DNA of 64,000 bases from Lachnospiraceae bacterium (lineage in GTDB: Bacteria > Bacillota > Clostridia > Lachnospirales > Lachnospiraceae). The notes below the pieces were generated by a model. The model had not been told where the DNA came from, searched no databases, and saw nothing but the letters and a program-made list of their open reading frames with translations. Location of the stretch: the NCBI GenBank assembly GCA_017399445.1, contig JAFQCM010000035.1, forward strand, positions 3,593 through 67,592. Reading direction: 5' to 3'. Shown piece after piece: positions 20,232-30,943 of this stretch (the first letter of the stretch is position 1; every line of letters begins with the position of its first letter). The translations under genes were made by a program, and so were the position numbers.

Positions 20232-20579
20232 GTGATAATTAGAAGAGGCGATATTTTTTATGCGGACTTACGCCCGGTTGTTGGTTCAGAACAGGGTGGC
20301 ATAAGACCAGTACTTATTATTCAGAATGATGTGGGAAATAAACACAGTCCCACCGTGATTTGTGCAGCGATTACTTCAAAAATGAACAAAGCAAAGTTGC
20401 CAACACATGTGGAACTGGATTCCCAAAAATATGATATGGTAAAAGATTCAGTAATTTTACTGGAACAGCTTAGAACCATTGATAAGAAACGACTAAAAGA
20501 TAAAGTGTGCCATCTGGATGATGATATTTTAATGAAAGTGAATGTGGCATTAAATATAAGTCTTGAGTTATGTACATAG
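20232..20579 (+). CDS. mazF: EndoA/MazF-family type II toxin endoribonuclease
   Basis: 115 aa, near-collinear with B. subtilis EndoA as I remember it ([57 protein letters not shown]). GTG start with GGAGAG upstream. In-frame TAG at 20211-20213 forbids a longer N-terminus. Confidence 0.9.
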   Translation: MIIRRGDIFYADLRPVVGSEQGGIRPVLIIQNDVGNKHSPTVICAAITSKMNKAKLPTHVELDSQKYDMVKDSVILLEQLRTIDKKRLKDKVCHLDDDILMKVNVALNISLELCT

Positions 20580-20591
20580 GAAGGAGAATAT

Positions 20592-21914
20592 ATGGAGGAA
20601 AATAACCCCTGGTCTGGAATTATTGTATTTTTATGTTTATTGATTTTAAATTACATTTTACATGGCTTTGGAGGTGCTTTAAATGCTTTAAGCAGTAATA
20701 AAATAGAAGAAACGGCTTTGCAAGGGGATAAGCAAGCAAAAAAATTGCAGTATATGTTGGAATATCCTTGTAAATTTAGAAACACTATTCAGGTGCTTGC
20801 AACTTTAAGCAGTATTGTAATTGGAACTTATACATTAACAAGGTATAGTCATATGTTTCAACAAATTGTTCATCAGGTGGTGCCACTTTCTCTACGCATA
20901 GAAGTGGCAGTTTCCTGGGGACTGACGGGAATTATGGGGATTATTTTGTTACTGGTGTTTGGAGTGGTGGTACCAGAACGTCTGGCAATGAGAAGTGCAG
21001 AAAAATTTGCTTATTCCATGCTGCCAATAGTTTCTTTTTTTATGGTGATACTTACCCCTCTTACCGGGATTATTAATTTTTTTGCAGGTTTGGTACTTAA
21101 GGGATTTGGGATAAATATCAATGAAAACCCGGATGACCTTACAGAGGAAGAAATCTTGTCTATGGTAAATGAAGGTCATGAGCAGGGAGTGTTAGAAGCC
21201 AGAGAAGTGGAAATGATTAGCAACATTTTTGAAATGGGCGATAAAGAAGCACAGGATGTGATGACCCACCGGATAAATGTAATTGCAGTGGATGGAAATT
21301 CTACTTTAAGGGAAGCGTTGGATTTTATGCTGGATGGAAATAAATCCAGATATCCAGTGTATGATGAAGATTTAGATGATATTATTGGAATTCTTCATTT
21401 AAGAGATGCTTTTAATTTACATAAAAATAAAGAATTGCTGGATAAAAAAGTCAAAGAAATTGATGGTCTTATACGGGAAGCTAAATTTATTCCGGAAACG
21501 AAAAATATTCATGAATTATTCAAAGGAATGCAAAATGAAAAGCTTCATATGGTAATTGTAATTGATGAATATGGACAGGTGTCAGGGCTGGTTGCTTTGG
21601 AAGATATTCTGGAAGAAATTGTAGGAAATATTATGGATGAATATGATGAAGAAGAGGAATCCATTACAAAATTAGAGGACGAAAGCTTTATTATGGATGG
21701 TATGACAGAGTTAGAAGAAGTGGAAGAAGTATTAGGAATTGAAATTGAAGAGGATTTTGATACTTTAAATGGACTGCTTGTGTCAAAGTTAGAACATATT
21801 CCAAAAGAAGATGAAATGGCAGTGATAGAATACAAGGATTATGAATTTACCATTTTATCTATTGATAATAAGAAAATAGGAAGTGTGAAGGTAAAGAAAA
21901 AAGCTTGTCAATAG
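20592..21914 (+). CDS. CNNM/HlyC-CorC family membrane protein (DUF21, CBS pair, CorC_HlyC)
   Basis: 440 aa. N-terminal TM bundle, then a CBS pair (VMTHR..V.AVD, DEYG.VSGLV.LEDILEEIVG), then a C-terminal transporter-associated domain. Confidence 0.85.
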   Translation: MEENNPWSGIIVFLCLLILNYILHGFGGALNALSSNKIEETALQGDKQAKKLQYMLEYPCKFRNTIQVLATLSSIVIGTYTLTRYSHMFQQIVHQVVPLSLRIEVAVSWGLTGIMGIILLLVFGVVVPERLAMRSAEKFAYSMLPIVSFFMVILTPLTGIINFFAGLVLKGFGININENPDDLTEEEILSMVNEGHEQGVLEAREVEMISNIFEMGDKEAQDVMTHRINVIAVDGNSTLREALDFMLDGNKSRYPVYDEDLDDIIGILHLRDAFNLHKNKELLDKKVKEIDGLIREAKFIPETKNIHELFKGMQNEKLHMVIVIDEYGQVSGLVALEDILEEIVGNIMDEYDEEEESITKLEDESFIMDGMTELEEVEEVLGIEIEEDFDTLNGLLVSKLEHIPKEDEMAVIEYKDYEFTILSIDNKKIGSVKVKKKACQ

Positions 21915-21974
21915 AAAGAAACAGTGATAGAATACTGTAAGTGATGAAAATAGGAAAACGAAAGGAAGAAGTGT

Positions 21975-22703
21975 ATGTCAGGACATTCAAAATTTGCCAA
22001 TATTAAACATAAAAAGGAAAAAAATGATGCTGCAAAAGGAAAAATCTTTACTATTATTGGTAGAGAAATTGCAGTAGCAGTTAAAGAAGGCGGTCCGGAT
22101 CCTGCTAATAACAGCAAACTTCGTGATGTAATTGCAAAAGCAAAAGCAAACAACATGCCAAACGATACTATTGATAGAGGAATTAAGAAAGCTGCCGGAG
22201 ATGCTAATAGTGTAAACTACGAAGTAGTTACATATGAAGGATATGGTCCAAATGGAACAGCTATTATCGTAGATGTTCTTACTGATAATAAGAACCGTAC
22301 CGCAGCTAATGTGCGTAATGCATTTACAAAAGGTCATGGAAATGTAGGAACACAGGGCTGTGTATCTTATATGTTTGATAAAAAAGGTCAAATTATTATA
22401 GATAAAGAAGCTTACGATGGAGATGCAGATGAATTAATGATGACTGCATTAGATGCAGGCGCAGAAGATTTTGCTGAAGAAGAAGACAGCTTCGAAATCC
22501 TTACTTCACCAGAAGATTTCAGTGTAGTGCGTCAGGCATTAGAAGATGCAGGAATCCCAATGGTAGAAGCAGAAGTTACCATGATTCCTCAAACTTATGT
22601 AGAATTAACAGACGAACAGGATATTAAAAATATTCAGCGTACATTAGATTTGTTAGATGAAGATGATGATGTGCAGATGGTATATCATAACTGGGATGAA
22701 TAA
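21975..22703 (+). CDS. yebC: YebC/PmpR family DNA-binding transcriptional regulator
   Basis: [26 protein letters not shown]-terminus is diagnostic; 242 aa. Confidence 0.95.
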   Translation: MSGHSKFANIKHKKEKNDAAKGKIFTIIGREIAVAVKEGGPDPANNSKLRDVIAKAKANNMPNDTIDRGIKKAAGDANSVNYEVVTYEGYGPNGTAIIVDVLTDNKNRTAANVRNAFTKGHGNVGTQGCVSYMFDKKGQIIIDKEAYDGDADELMMTALDAGAEDFAEEEDSFEILTSPEDFSVVRQALEDAGIPMVEAEVTMIPQTYVELTDEQDIKNIQRTLDLLDEDDDVQMVYHNWDE

Positions 22704-22739
22704 ATATAGTAATAAATAAGTATTATTAGTGAAATATAG

Positions 22740-22779
22740 AGCTTTTCCATGTGTCTTAGAGGCTGGAAAAGCTTTTTTG
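22740..22779 (+). terminator. Rho-independent terminator after yebC
   Basis: AGCTTTTCCA ... TGGAAAAGCT followed by TTTTT. Confidence 0.85.
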
Positions 22780-22855
22780 ATTGAAAAAATCGATAAATTA
22801 TTAATAAAAAATTCACACTTTGATAATAATTTGCTAATATTAAGAAAAAATTCCT

Positions 22856-22883
22856 TTGCATTTCAGATGTAGTATGCTATAAT
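22856..22883 (+). promoter_or_regulatory. Sigma-A promoter with extended -10
   Basis: TTGCAT, 16 nt, TGC-TATAAT (22878-22883). Confidence 0.65.
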
Positions 22884-22941
22884 ACATAAAGTTTTGTATG
22901 TTAACTTTGTATGTCTTACGGATAAAGTGGAAGGAGTTAAT

Positions 22942-23874
22942 ATGATATTTACAGAAGGAAAATGTCCGAAATGTCATGGGATAATACAGATTCCATCTGA
23001 ACATGAAATCATACACTGTATGTACTGTGGAGAAGAAATTAATACTAAAGAAGCAATAAAAGCGGTGGAAAATGACACAGTTATAAAAATTATGGATAAA
23101 AGTGAGTATAACGAAGAAATGAACGAAGTATTAGAAGCATTACCTGAAATGCTGAATTATAAAGAAGGAATACAACAATTTAAAAAAGATACCTATAAAG
23201 AAGCTTTTGAAACCTATTATAACAGACATATCAAAACATACATGAAAATAGAGCGTTTGTTTACGGCCAGTAAAGACAAGGAAATGTTTTTTAGAAAGCT
23301 GGTAAATCAATTAGTTGAAACGGAAAAAATGCAGTTGTCCTCTGCAAAAAAAAGTGAGCATGAAAAGATGCTCATTGATGACAATTTAAAACTTACAGTA
23401 TACTTATTACCTGCTATGCTGAAATATAAAGGAGAAGCAATGAATCAGCTGACCGACCGGATTGTAGATGGCTGGAGAGAAGCTTTTCCAAAATACCAGA
23501 TTAGTAAAGCGAATTTTGAAAAGATAAATTCAGGATTTAGAAATAAGTTATGTTATATTACCACAGCAGTTTGTGAAAGTCTTGGAAAAGATGATGATTG
23601 TTATGAATTAAATGTTTTAAGAGAATATCGTGATAATTATTTGCGTAGTACAGAAGATGGAGAAAAAATTGTAAATGCATATTATGATATTGCTCCATCT
23701 ATTGTCAAACGAATCAATAAGTGCAATAATAGTAATGAAATTTACAAAGAAATTTATAAACAATATCTTTCTCCATGCATTAGTCTATTAGAAAAAGATA
23801 AAAAAGAGGAATGTAAAGAAATTTACAGTAATATGGTGATAGAATTGGAAGAAAAATACTTATTACAACAGTAG
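22942..23874 (+). CDS. Hypothetical protein: N-terminal zinc ribbon (CPKC..N16..CMYC) and C-terminal Cys motif CYITTAVC..DDCYEL..LREYRD
   Basis: ORF with AAGGAG 6 nt before ATG 22942; the track start 22894 has no SD. Stop lies 10 nt before metY. Confidence 0.6.
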   Translation: MIFTEGKCPKCHGIIQIPSEHEIIHCMYCGEEINTKEAIKAVENDTVIKIMDKSEYNEEMNEVLEALPEMLNYKEGIQQFKKDTYKEAFETYYNRHIKTYMKIERLFTASKDKEMFFRKLVNQLVETEKMQLSSAKKSEHEKMLIDDNLKLTVYLLPAMLKYKGEAMNQLTDRIVDGWREAFPKYQISKANFEKINSGFRNKLCYITTAVCESLGKDDDCYELNVLREYRDNYLRSTEDGEKIVNAYYDIAPSIVKRINKCNNSNEIYKEIYKQYLSPCISLLEKDKKEECKEIYSNMVIELEEKYLLQQ

Positions 23875-23884
23875 GAGGAATGAA

Positions 23885-25165
23885 ATGAGTAACAGATATA
23901 AGATTGAAACAAAATGTATTCAGGAAGGTTGGAAACCATCAAAAGGGGAAGCAAGAGTGTTACCAATTTATCAGAGTACTACTTTTAAATATGATAGTAG
24001 CGAACAGATGGGACGTTTGTTTGACTTAGAGGATTCCGGATATTTTTATACCAGACTTCAGAATCCTACCAATGATGCAGTAGCATCTAAAATTGCCAGC
24101 TTAGAAGGCGGTGTAGCAGCAATGCTTACTTCTTCCGGACAGGCAGCAAACTTCTATGCAGTATTTAATATATGTGAAGCAGGAAGCCACATTGTTTGTT
24201 CTTCCGCACTATATGGTGGAACTTTTAACCTATTTGGAACAACAATGAAAAAGCTTGGAATTGAAGCAACTTTTGTAGATCCAGATGCACCATTAGAAGA
24301 ATTACAGAAAGCAGTTCAGGAAAATACCAGATGTGTATTTGCAGAAACGATTGCAAATCCTGCATTAACTGTATTAGATATTGAAAAATTCGCAACTCTT
24401 GCCCATTCTAATGGAGTACCGTTGATTGTAGATAATACTTTTGCTACACCAATTAACTGTCGTCCATTTGAATGGGGAGCAGATATTGTAACTCACTCCA
24501 CTACAAAATATATGGATGGACATGCAGCTTGTGTAGGTGGCTGTATTGTAGATAGCGGAAACTTTGATTGGGAAGCATATCATGATAAGTTTAAAGGCTT
24601 GACAGAGCCAGATGAATCTTATCATGGAATTGTTTACACACAGAAATTTGGTAAATTAGCATATATTACAAAAGCTACTTCACAGTTAATGAGAGATTTG
24701 GGTTCTATCCAGTCGCCACAAAATGCTTTCTTATTAAATATTGGTCTGGAAACATTACATTTAAGAGTTCCAAGACACTGTGAAAATGCTTTGAAAGTTG
24801 CAAAGTATCTAGAAAACAATGAAAAAGTAGCATGGGTAAATTATGCCGGATTAGAAGGAAATAAATATTATGACCTGGCAAAGAAATATATGCCAAATGG
24901 TACATGTGGTGTAATTTCCTTTGGGTTAAAAGGTGACAGAAAGACAGCGGAACAGTTTATGGACAGATTAAAACTGGCAGCGATTGTTACTCATGTGGCA
25001 GATGCAAGAACTTCTGTATTGCATCCGGCAAGTCACACACACCGTCAGATGACAGAAGAACAGTTGGTAGAAGCTGGTGTTCAGCCAGATTTGATTCGTT
25101 TGTCTGTGGGAATTGAAAATGCTGATGATATTATTGCTGATTTAGAACAGGCGATGGCAGAATAA
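23885..25165 (+). CDS. metY: O-acetylhomoserine sulfhydrylase (PLP-dependent, Cys/Met metabolism family)
   Basis: 426 aa. Motifs YTRLQNPT, STTKYMDGH (PLP lysine), RLSVGIE. Confidence 0.9.
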   Translation: MSNRYKIETKCIQEGWKPSKGEARVLPIYQSTTFKYDSSEQMGRLFDLEDSGYFYTRLQNPTNDAVASKIASLEGGVAAMLTSSGQAANFYAVFNICEAGSHIVCSSALYGGTFNLFGTTMKKLGIEATFVDPDAPLEELQKAVQENTRCVFAETIANPALTVLDIEKFATLAHSNGVPLIVDNTFATPINCRPFEWGADIVTHSTTKYMDGHAACVGGCIVDSGNFDWEAYHDKFKGLTEPDESYHGIVYTQKFGKLAYITKATSQLMRDLGSIQSPQNAFLLNIGLETLHLRVPRHCENALKVAKYLENNEKVAWVNYAGLEGNKYYDLAKKYMPNGTCGVISFGLKGDRKTAEQFMDRLKLAAIVTHVADARTSVLHPASHTHRQMTEEQLVEAGVQPDLIRLSVGIENADDIIADLEQAMAE

Positions 25166-25266
25166 AAATAGAATATATTTGTGCATATTGCAGATACTAA
25201 AGGAAGTCATTAGAAGGGCTTCCTTTTTTAATTTTTAATTAGAAGATATTTGCAAGGAGTAGAAAT

Positions 25267-26010
25267 ATGAATGAATATAACAAAAATACCAGTCAGGAAA
25301 AAGAAACCAGAGAAGAAGAAAAGATTAAGCAGGAAACAGAAGAATTAAAAGATGAAAAAATAGAAAAATTTGGTCAGGTAGTAATGGATGGGGAGGAATT
25401 TTCAGATAAAATACATTTGCTTACTATTATTGGGGAAATTGAAGGTCATGAAAACCTTTCTCCTAACACGAAAACAACCAAATATGAACATGTTCTACCT
25501 CAACTGGCTTCTATTGAGGGAAGTAAAAAGATTGAGGGAGTGTTATTATTGATTAATACAGTAGGTGGAGATGTATCAGCAGGACTGGCACTAGCAGAAA
25601 TGATTTCATCATTGAGCAAACCAACAGTATCTTTAGTAATTGGAGACAGTCATTCTATTGGAGTACCATTAGCAGTGGCTACAGACTATTCTTTTATTGT
25701 GCCAACAGGTACCATGATTATTCATCCGGTGCGTATGAGTGGTACTGTGATAGGAGCCCCACAAACATATGATTACTTCAAACTGATTCAGGATAGAATT
25801 GTGAGCTTTGTTGCAAATCATTCGGAAACCACAAAACAGCGAATAGAAGAAATGATGTTAAATACAGGAATTCTTACTAAGGATTTAGGAACCATTCTGG
25901 TAGGGGAGGAAGCGGTAAAAGCAGGTGTAATTAATGAAGTAGGTGGAATTTGTCAGGCATTAAAAAAGCTTCATAAAATGATTGAAGAAAAAAATAGTTG
26001 TGAGGAATAA
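25267..26010 (+). CDS. tepA: Translocation-enhancing protein TepA (ClpP-fold)
   Basis: Blocks LTIIGEIEGH, KTTKYEHVLPQ, INTVGGDV.AGLA.AEM..SLSKPTVS and IHPVR match B. subtilis TepA/YmfB as I recall it. Confidence 0.85.
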   Translation: MNEYNKNTSQEKETREEEKIKQETEELKDEKIEKFGQVVMDGEEFSDKIHLLTIIGEIEGHENLSPNTKTTKYEHVLPQLASIEGSKKIEGVLLLINTVGGDVSAGLALAEMISSLSKPTVSLVIGDSHSIGVPLAVATDYSFIVPTGTMIIHPVRMSGTVIGAPQTYDYFKLIQDRIVSFVANHSETTKQRIEEMMLNTGILTKDLGTILVGEEAVKAGVINEVGGICQALKKLHKMIEEKNSCEE

Positions 26011-26133
26011 AGATTAGTCCCTTGACGAACAGAAAAAAGGGCGGTAAGATGATAAACGACATGGTGGGAAAAAGAGATTTCAGGGGAAGGATAAGTATAA
26101 AAATGAATGAAAGGCAAAGGATGGAGAAATAAA

Positions 26134-28086
26134 ATGAATTATGTAAGAACTGCAAGTGTATCACCTAAGGTACATATTGGGAATATAGAGAAAAACTGTG
26201 AAGAAATTACTAACAGTTATATGGAATTAAAAAATAAGTGTGACATTTTGGTGACTCCGGAGTTGTCTATTACAGGATATACTTGTGGAGATTTATTTGG
26301 AAATAGAATGTTAATTGAAAAGGCAGAAGAGGGGCTTCTTTCATTGAAAAAAATAACGAAAGAAAACCCAGGTGCCTGTTTGGCAGTGGGAGTTCCTATA
26401 GAATATAAGAATGAATTATATAATTGTGGTGCATTGATATGCCAGGGAGAAATTTTGGGGATTGTACCAAAGGTATATTTGCCAAATTATAGTGAATTTT
26501 ATGAAAAAAGATGGTTTAGTTCTGGGATAATTGAAAAAGAAACAATTACATTAATGGATGGAAGTGAAGTTCCTTTTGGAACAGATTTGATTTTCCAGTT
26601 GGGAAAAGGAAAAGATAAAGTTAGCATTGGCGTGGAAATATGTGAAGATGCCTGGACACCTTTGTCACCAGGAACTATGCTTTCCTTACATGGTGCAGAA
26701 ATTATTTTAAATCTGTCAGCATCTAATGAAGTAATTGGAAAAGAAGAATATCGTCGCAGTCTGGTGAGAATGCATACAGCTTCTTGCATTTGTGGTTATG
26801 TATATACTTCTGCGGGAAGATATGAGTCTACTTCAGATATTGTATTTAGTGCCCATAATATGATTGGAGAAAACGGAAAAATTCTTGCAGAGTCCATGCC
26901 TTTTGCCACTGAGGACGGAAAAATAGTGGCTGATATTAGCCTTACAAAAATAAGACATGACAGAGTGGTAAATAAGTCTTTTGGAGAGTGCAGAAAGAAC
27001 CATAAGGCAGAGTATCGTATCATTACGGCTCCATTTTCCTTTTTAGATAATGGAACAAGTGAACTTTTAACGAAAGTTTCTATGACTCCATTTGTTCCAG
27101 GGAATAACAAGCTGGAACGTTGTCTTTCCATTTTTCATATGCAGGTGGCTGGATTACAGAGAAGACTGGAAGCAACCAAAAGTAAGTGTGTAGTGGTGGG
27201 AGTTTCAGGAGGTTTGGATTCTACTCTGGCATTGCTGGTTTCAGCCCAGGCTGTAAAAAATCTGGGATTACCTTCTGCTACAGTAGTAGGAATTACCATG
27301 CCAGGATTTGGAACTACTAGCCGTACCAAAAATAACTCCCATCAGTTAATGAAGCTGTTAGGCTGTGATATTAGGGAAAGTAGTATTGTAGATTCTGTAA
27401 GACAGCATTTTAAAGATATTGGTCATGATGAAGCAGTGAAAGATATTACTTATGAAAACTGTCAGGCAAGGGAAAGAACCCAGATTTTAATGGATGTGGC
27501 AAATAAAGAGGGCGGTTTTGTAATTGGAACAGGAGATTTGTCAGAGCTTGCTTTAGGCTGGTGTACTTATAATGGCGATCATATGAGTATGTATGCAGTT
27601 AATGTAAGTATTCCGAAAACTTTAGTAAAGACTTTGGTATTTGAAATTGGACTTTATATGGAAAAAACAGGATTTGCAGGAATTGAAGAAGTTATTAAAG
27701 ATATCGTAGATACTCCGGTTAGTCCAGAATTACTACCGCCAAATGAAGATGGTACCATTGCCCAGAAAACAGAAGATACGGTAGGCTCTTATGTGTTACA
27801 TGATTTCTTCTTGTATTACACTTTACGATTTGGAATGGCACCAAAAGAGATTTATCGTTTGTGTAAAAAGGCAGCCAGTGATAGTAAAGAATACCATTTT
27901 AGTGAGGAAGAAATCAAAAAATGGCTGAAGGTATTTTATACCAGATTTTTCCGTCAACAATTTAAACGTAATTGTATGCCTGATGGGGTAAAGGTGGGAA
28001 CCGTGTCTGTAAGTCCAAGAGGAGATTTAAGACTGCCTTCTGAAACTGAGTTTGAAGAGTTTATAAAAGAGTTGGAAGAAATTTGA
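26134..28086 (+). CDS. nadE: Glutamine-dependent NAD+ synthetase (CN-hydrolase plus NAD synthase domains)
   Basis: N-terminal nitrilase-like domain (PELSITGY, ICED), C-terminal SGGLDS P-loop. ATG 26134 preferred over track 26107. Confidence 0.9.
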   Translation: MNYVRTASVSPKVHIGNIEKNCEEITNSYMELKNKCDILVTPELSITGYTCGDLFGNRMLIEKAEEGLLSLKKITKENPGACLAVGVPIEYKNELYNCGALICQGEILGIVPKVYLPNYSEFYEKRWFSSGIIEKETITLMDGSEVPFGTDLIFQLGKGKDKVSIGVEICEDAWTPLSPGTMLSLHGAEIILNLSASNEVIGKEEYRRSLVRMHTASCICGYVYTSAGRYESTSDIVFSAHNMIGENGKILAESMPFATEDGKIVADISLTKIRHDRVVNKSFGECRKNHKAEYRIITAPFSFLDNGTSELLTKVSMTPFVPGNNKLERCLSIFHMQVAGLQRRLEATKSKCVVVGVSGGLDSTLALLVSAQAVKNLGLPSATVVGITMPGFGTTSRTKNNSHQLMKLLGCDIRESSIVDSVRQHFKDIGHDEAVKDITYENCQARERTQILMDVANKEGGFVIGTGDLSELALGWCTYNGDHMSMYAVNVSIPKTLVKTLVFEIGLYMEKTGFAGIEEVIKDIVDTPVSPELLPPNEDGTIAQKTEDTVGSYVLHDFFLYYTLRFGMAPKEIYRLCKKAASDSKEYHFSEEEIKKWLKVFYTRFFRQQFKRNCMPDGVKVGTVSVSPRGDLRLPSETEFEEFIKELEEI

Positions 28087-28185
28087 CAATTCAGGTTAAT
28101 TTGTATAAAATGATTTATTGGACCCTCGGTTAAAAGCAGAGGTCTTGTAATTAGAAAACAATGAAAGAGCAGAGGTGGGGATAGA

Positions 28186-30930
28186 ATGGCAGCCGAGAAA
28201 GGAAAAGGGCGGAATACAACTGGTAAAAATACTACTGGTACTAAGAAGTCATCAAGTACTTCGTCAAAGAAAACGGCAAAAAGTACAAATGGAAAAAAGC
28301 AAGGTACAGCAAATTCTACACAGGAAAGTTTTATAAGGAATGAAGTAGTGTTGTTGATTGTGCTGGCTGTCTCTATTCTTTTAATGCTTGGAAATTTTAA
28401 AGTAGGTGGAATTTTTGGTGAGGTAGTAAATTCCTTTATGTTTGGAATGTTTGGCATTATGTCTTATATTATGCCTATCTTTTTGTTTTTGGGAACGGCA
28501 TTTATTATTTCTAATAAAGGAAATAATATTGCAACTATAAAGATTGTTGCCTGGACTTTATTATTTTTGGTGCTATGTATCTTTTTTGAGCTTATCTTTG
28601 TCAGCGGATTTCAAGACATGACCATAGGAGAATGCTTTACTTATTCTAAAGAAAAAAAAATAGGAGGCGGCATCCTAGGTGGAATGTTGACAAAAATGTT
28701 TGCAAGTATCTTTGGAATTATAGGAGCTTATGTGATAGATATTATATTGGCGATTATTAGTATTGTGCTGATTACAGAGAAGTCCTTTTTCCAGGGAGTG
28801 GAAAAAAGCAGCCGAAGGGTATATGAAACAGCAAGGGAAGGTGCTGACAGACATAGAGAGCGCTCCAGAGAACGTACCAGAGAACGTCAGAAAGTTCAGG
28901 AAGAAAACAGGCGGCGTATGGATAAAAAAGTTTCTGGGGTTTCTATGGACTTAAGTCTTACCGGAAAGAAGAAAAGTTCTGCTTCTAAAGAAGAAATTCA
29001 TGAAATTACCATTCAGGGAGCACCAATTGCAGAGCAGAAACTGGATGGAAGTTATGTAGATATTTTTGCAGATGCTGCTCCAAAGCAAGAGCCAGCTGTT
29101 AATATACCAATGGATGAAGTTCATGAACTGATTATGGAACCTAACGTAAAGGCTGAGAAGGAACCTCCAATATTAATGGAACTTCCAAAAGAGGAAAATT
29201 TTAAAGAGGATCCATATGACGATATAGAAGAAACATTCAAGGAAGAAGTTCCTCAAATGGTACAAATATCAGAATCATCTCAGAAAGTAGAACCTAAAGT
29301 TGAGCCGGCTAAAAAGTTAGAAGTACCAAAGAAAGCAGAAACATCTCCGGTGGAATTACAACAGGTTGAACTTCCTAAGGATGATACACCAACATCTCCT
29401 TATAAATCTACCATTGATGTAGGAGAAGAAGAAACTGCAGTAGAAGAAAAAATAAATATAGAATATGAGTTTCCGCCATTGGATTTATTAAAGCGTGGCA
29501 ATCCAAATGCGTCAGGTGATTCCGAAGAACATTTAAAAGCAACTGCATTAAAGTTACAACAGACTTTACAAAACTTTGGTGTTAATGTTAAGATAACTAA
29601 TGTAAGTTGTGGACCGGCAGTTACCAGATATGAACTTCAGCCGGAACAGGGGGTTAAGGTAAGCAAAATTGTAAACTTAACTGATGACATAAAATTAAAT
29701 ATGGCTGCAGCAGATATTCGTATTGAGGCACCAATTCCGGGAAAAGCCGCAGTGGGAATTGAAATTCCGAACAAAGAAAGTACTGCTGTTATGCTAAGGG
29801 ATTTGTTAGAGGATAAAAGTTTCATTGAACATTCATCTAAATTAGCATTTGCAGTAGGAAAAGACATTGGTGGTCAAAGCGTGGTAACAGATATTGCGAA
29901 AATGCCTCATCTGTTAATTGCAGGTGCTACCGGCTCTGGTAAATCGGTATGTATCAATACCATTATTATGAGTATTTTGTACAAGGCAAGACCGGACGAA
30001 GTAAAGCTAATTATGATTGACCCGAAAGTGGTAGAATTAAGCGTTTACAATGGTATTCCTCATTTATTTATTCCAGTAGTAACTGACCCGAAAAAGGCAT
30101 CTGGTGCTTTAAACTGGGCCGTTATGGAAATGATGGAACGATACCAAAAGTTTGCTGAGTTAAATGTAAGAGATTTAAAAGGTTATAATGAAAAAATTGC
30201 AACTGTAGAACATTTAGAAGGAGAAAAACCTGGAAAATTACCACAGATTGTAATTATTGTAGACGAACTTGCAGACCTAATGATGGTTGCACCGGGAGAA
30301 GTGGAGGATGCTATTTGTCGTTTGGCACAGTTAGCACGAGCTGCAGGAATTCACTTGGTTATTGCAACACAGCGACCAAGTGTTAACGTTATTACCGGGT
30401 TAATTAAGGCAAATATGCCTTCACGAATTGCCTTTGCTGTATCTTCTGGTGTGGACTCTAGAACCATCCTGGATATGAATGGAGCAGAAAAGCTTTTAGG
30501 TAAAGGTGATATGTTATTTTTCCCACAGGGATATCAAAAGCCAGTGCGTATGCAGTGTGCCTTTGTATCAGACAAAGAAGTGGGAAATGTGGTAGAATTT
30601 TTATCAAATCACAACGAAGGAAGCAGCTATAGTCAGGACATTGAAGAAAAAATTCAAAATGCTCAGTCAGCAGGAGCAGCTTCTCAGACGGGAGGCGGTG
30701 GCTCTGAAAAAGATGCTTATTTTGAAGAAGCAGGAAAATTTATTATTGATAAAGATAAAGCTTCTATCGGTATGTTGCAAAGAGTGTTTAAGATAGGCTT
30801 TAACCGGGCAGCTCGGATTATGGACCAGTTGGCAGAGGCGGGAGTGGTAGGAGAAGAAGAAGGTACCAAACCACGGAAAGTACTAATGTCAATAGAAGAA
30901 TTTGAACAATACATAGAAGAATATTTATAG
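28186..30930 (+). CDS. ftsK: DNA translocase FtsK/SpoIIIE
   Basis: 914 aa. N-terminal TM segments and a long acidic/proline linker. Motor domain with Walker A GATGSGKS and [12 protein letters not shown]-terminal gamma wHTH ([25 protein letters not shown]). Confidence 0.95.
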   Translation: MAAEKGKGRNTTGKNTTGTKKSSSTSSKKTAKSTNGKKQGTANSTQESFIRNEVVLLIVLAVSILLMLGNFKVGGIFGEVVNSFMFGMFGIMSYIMPIFLFLGTAFIISNKGNNIATIKIVAWTLLFLVLCIFFELIFVSGFQDMTIGECFTYSKEKKIGGGILGGMLTKMFASIFGIIGAYVIDIILAIISIVLITEKSFFQGVEKSSRRVYETAREGADRHRERSRERTRERQKVQEENRRRMDKKVSGVSMDLSLTGKKKSSASKEEIHEITIQGAPIAEQKLDGSYVDIFADAAPKQEPAVNIPMDEVHELIMEPNVKAEKEPPILMELPKEENFKEDPYDDIEETFKEEVPQMVQISESSQKVEPKVEPAKKLEVPKKAETSPVELQQVELPKDDTPTSPYKSTIDVGEEETAVEEKINIEYEFPPLDLLKRGNPNASGDSEEHLKATALKLQQTLQNFGVNVKITNVSCGPAVTRYELQPEQGVKVSKIVNLTDDIKLNMAAADIRIEAPIPGKAAVGIEIPNKESTAVMLRDLLEDKSFIEHSSKLAFAVGKDIGGQSVVTDIAKMPHLLIAGATGSGKSVCINTIIMSILYKARPDEVKLIMIDPKVVELSVYNGIPHLFIPVVTDPKKASGALNWAVMEMMERYQKFAELNVRDLKGYNEKIATVEHLEGEKPGKLPQIVIIVDELADLMMVAPGEVEDAICRLAQLARAAGIHLVIATQRPSVNVITGLIKANMPSRIAFAVSSGVDSRTILDMNGAEKLLGKGDMLFFPQGYQKPVRMQCAFVSDKEVGNVVEFLSNHNEGSSYSQDIEEKIQNAQSAGAASQTGGGGSEKDAYFEEAGKFIIDKDKASIGMLQRVFKIGFNRAARIMDQLAEAGVVGEEEGTKPRKVLMSIEEFEQYIEEYL

Positions 30931-30943
30931 TAGGAGGACGATT

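Noticed and set aside
20211-20252. 13-codon ORF ([13 protein letters not shown]) overlapping the mazF start as a micro-antitoxin
   Set aside because: It has no SD, is an ORF size expected by chance, and has no resemblance to MazE. It is mentioned only as something to test under the orphan-mazF finding.
27954-28457. Minus-strand 167-aa ORF spanning the nadE end and the ftsK start
   Set aside because: It overlaps two well-supported plus-strand genes in antisense, and its hydrophobic, F-rich product mirrors the Lys-rich sense sequence.
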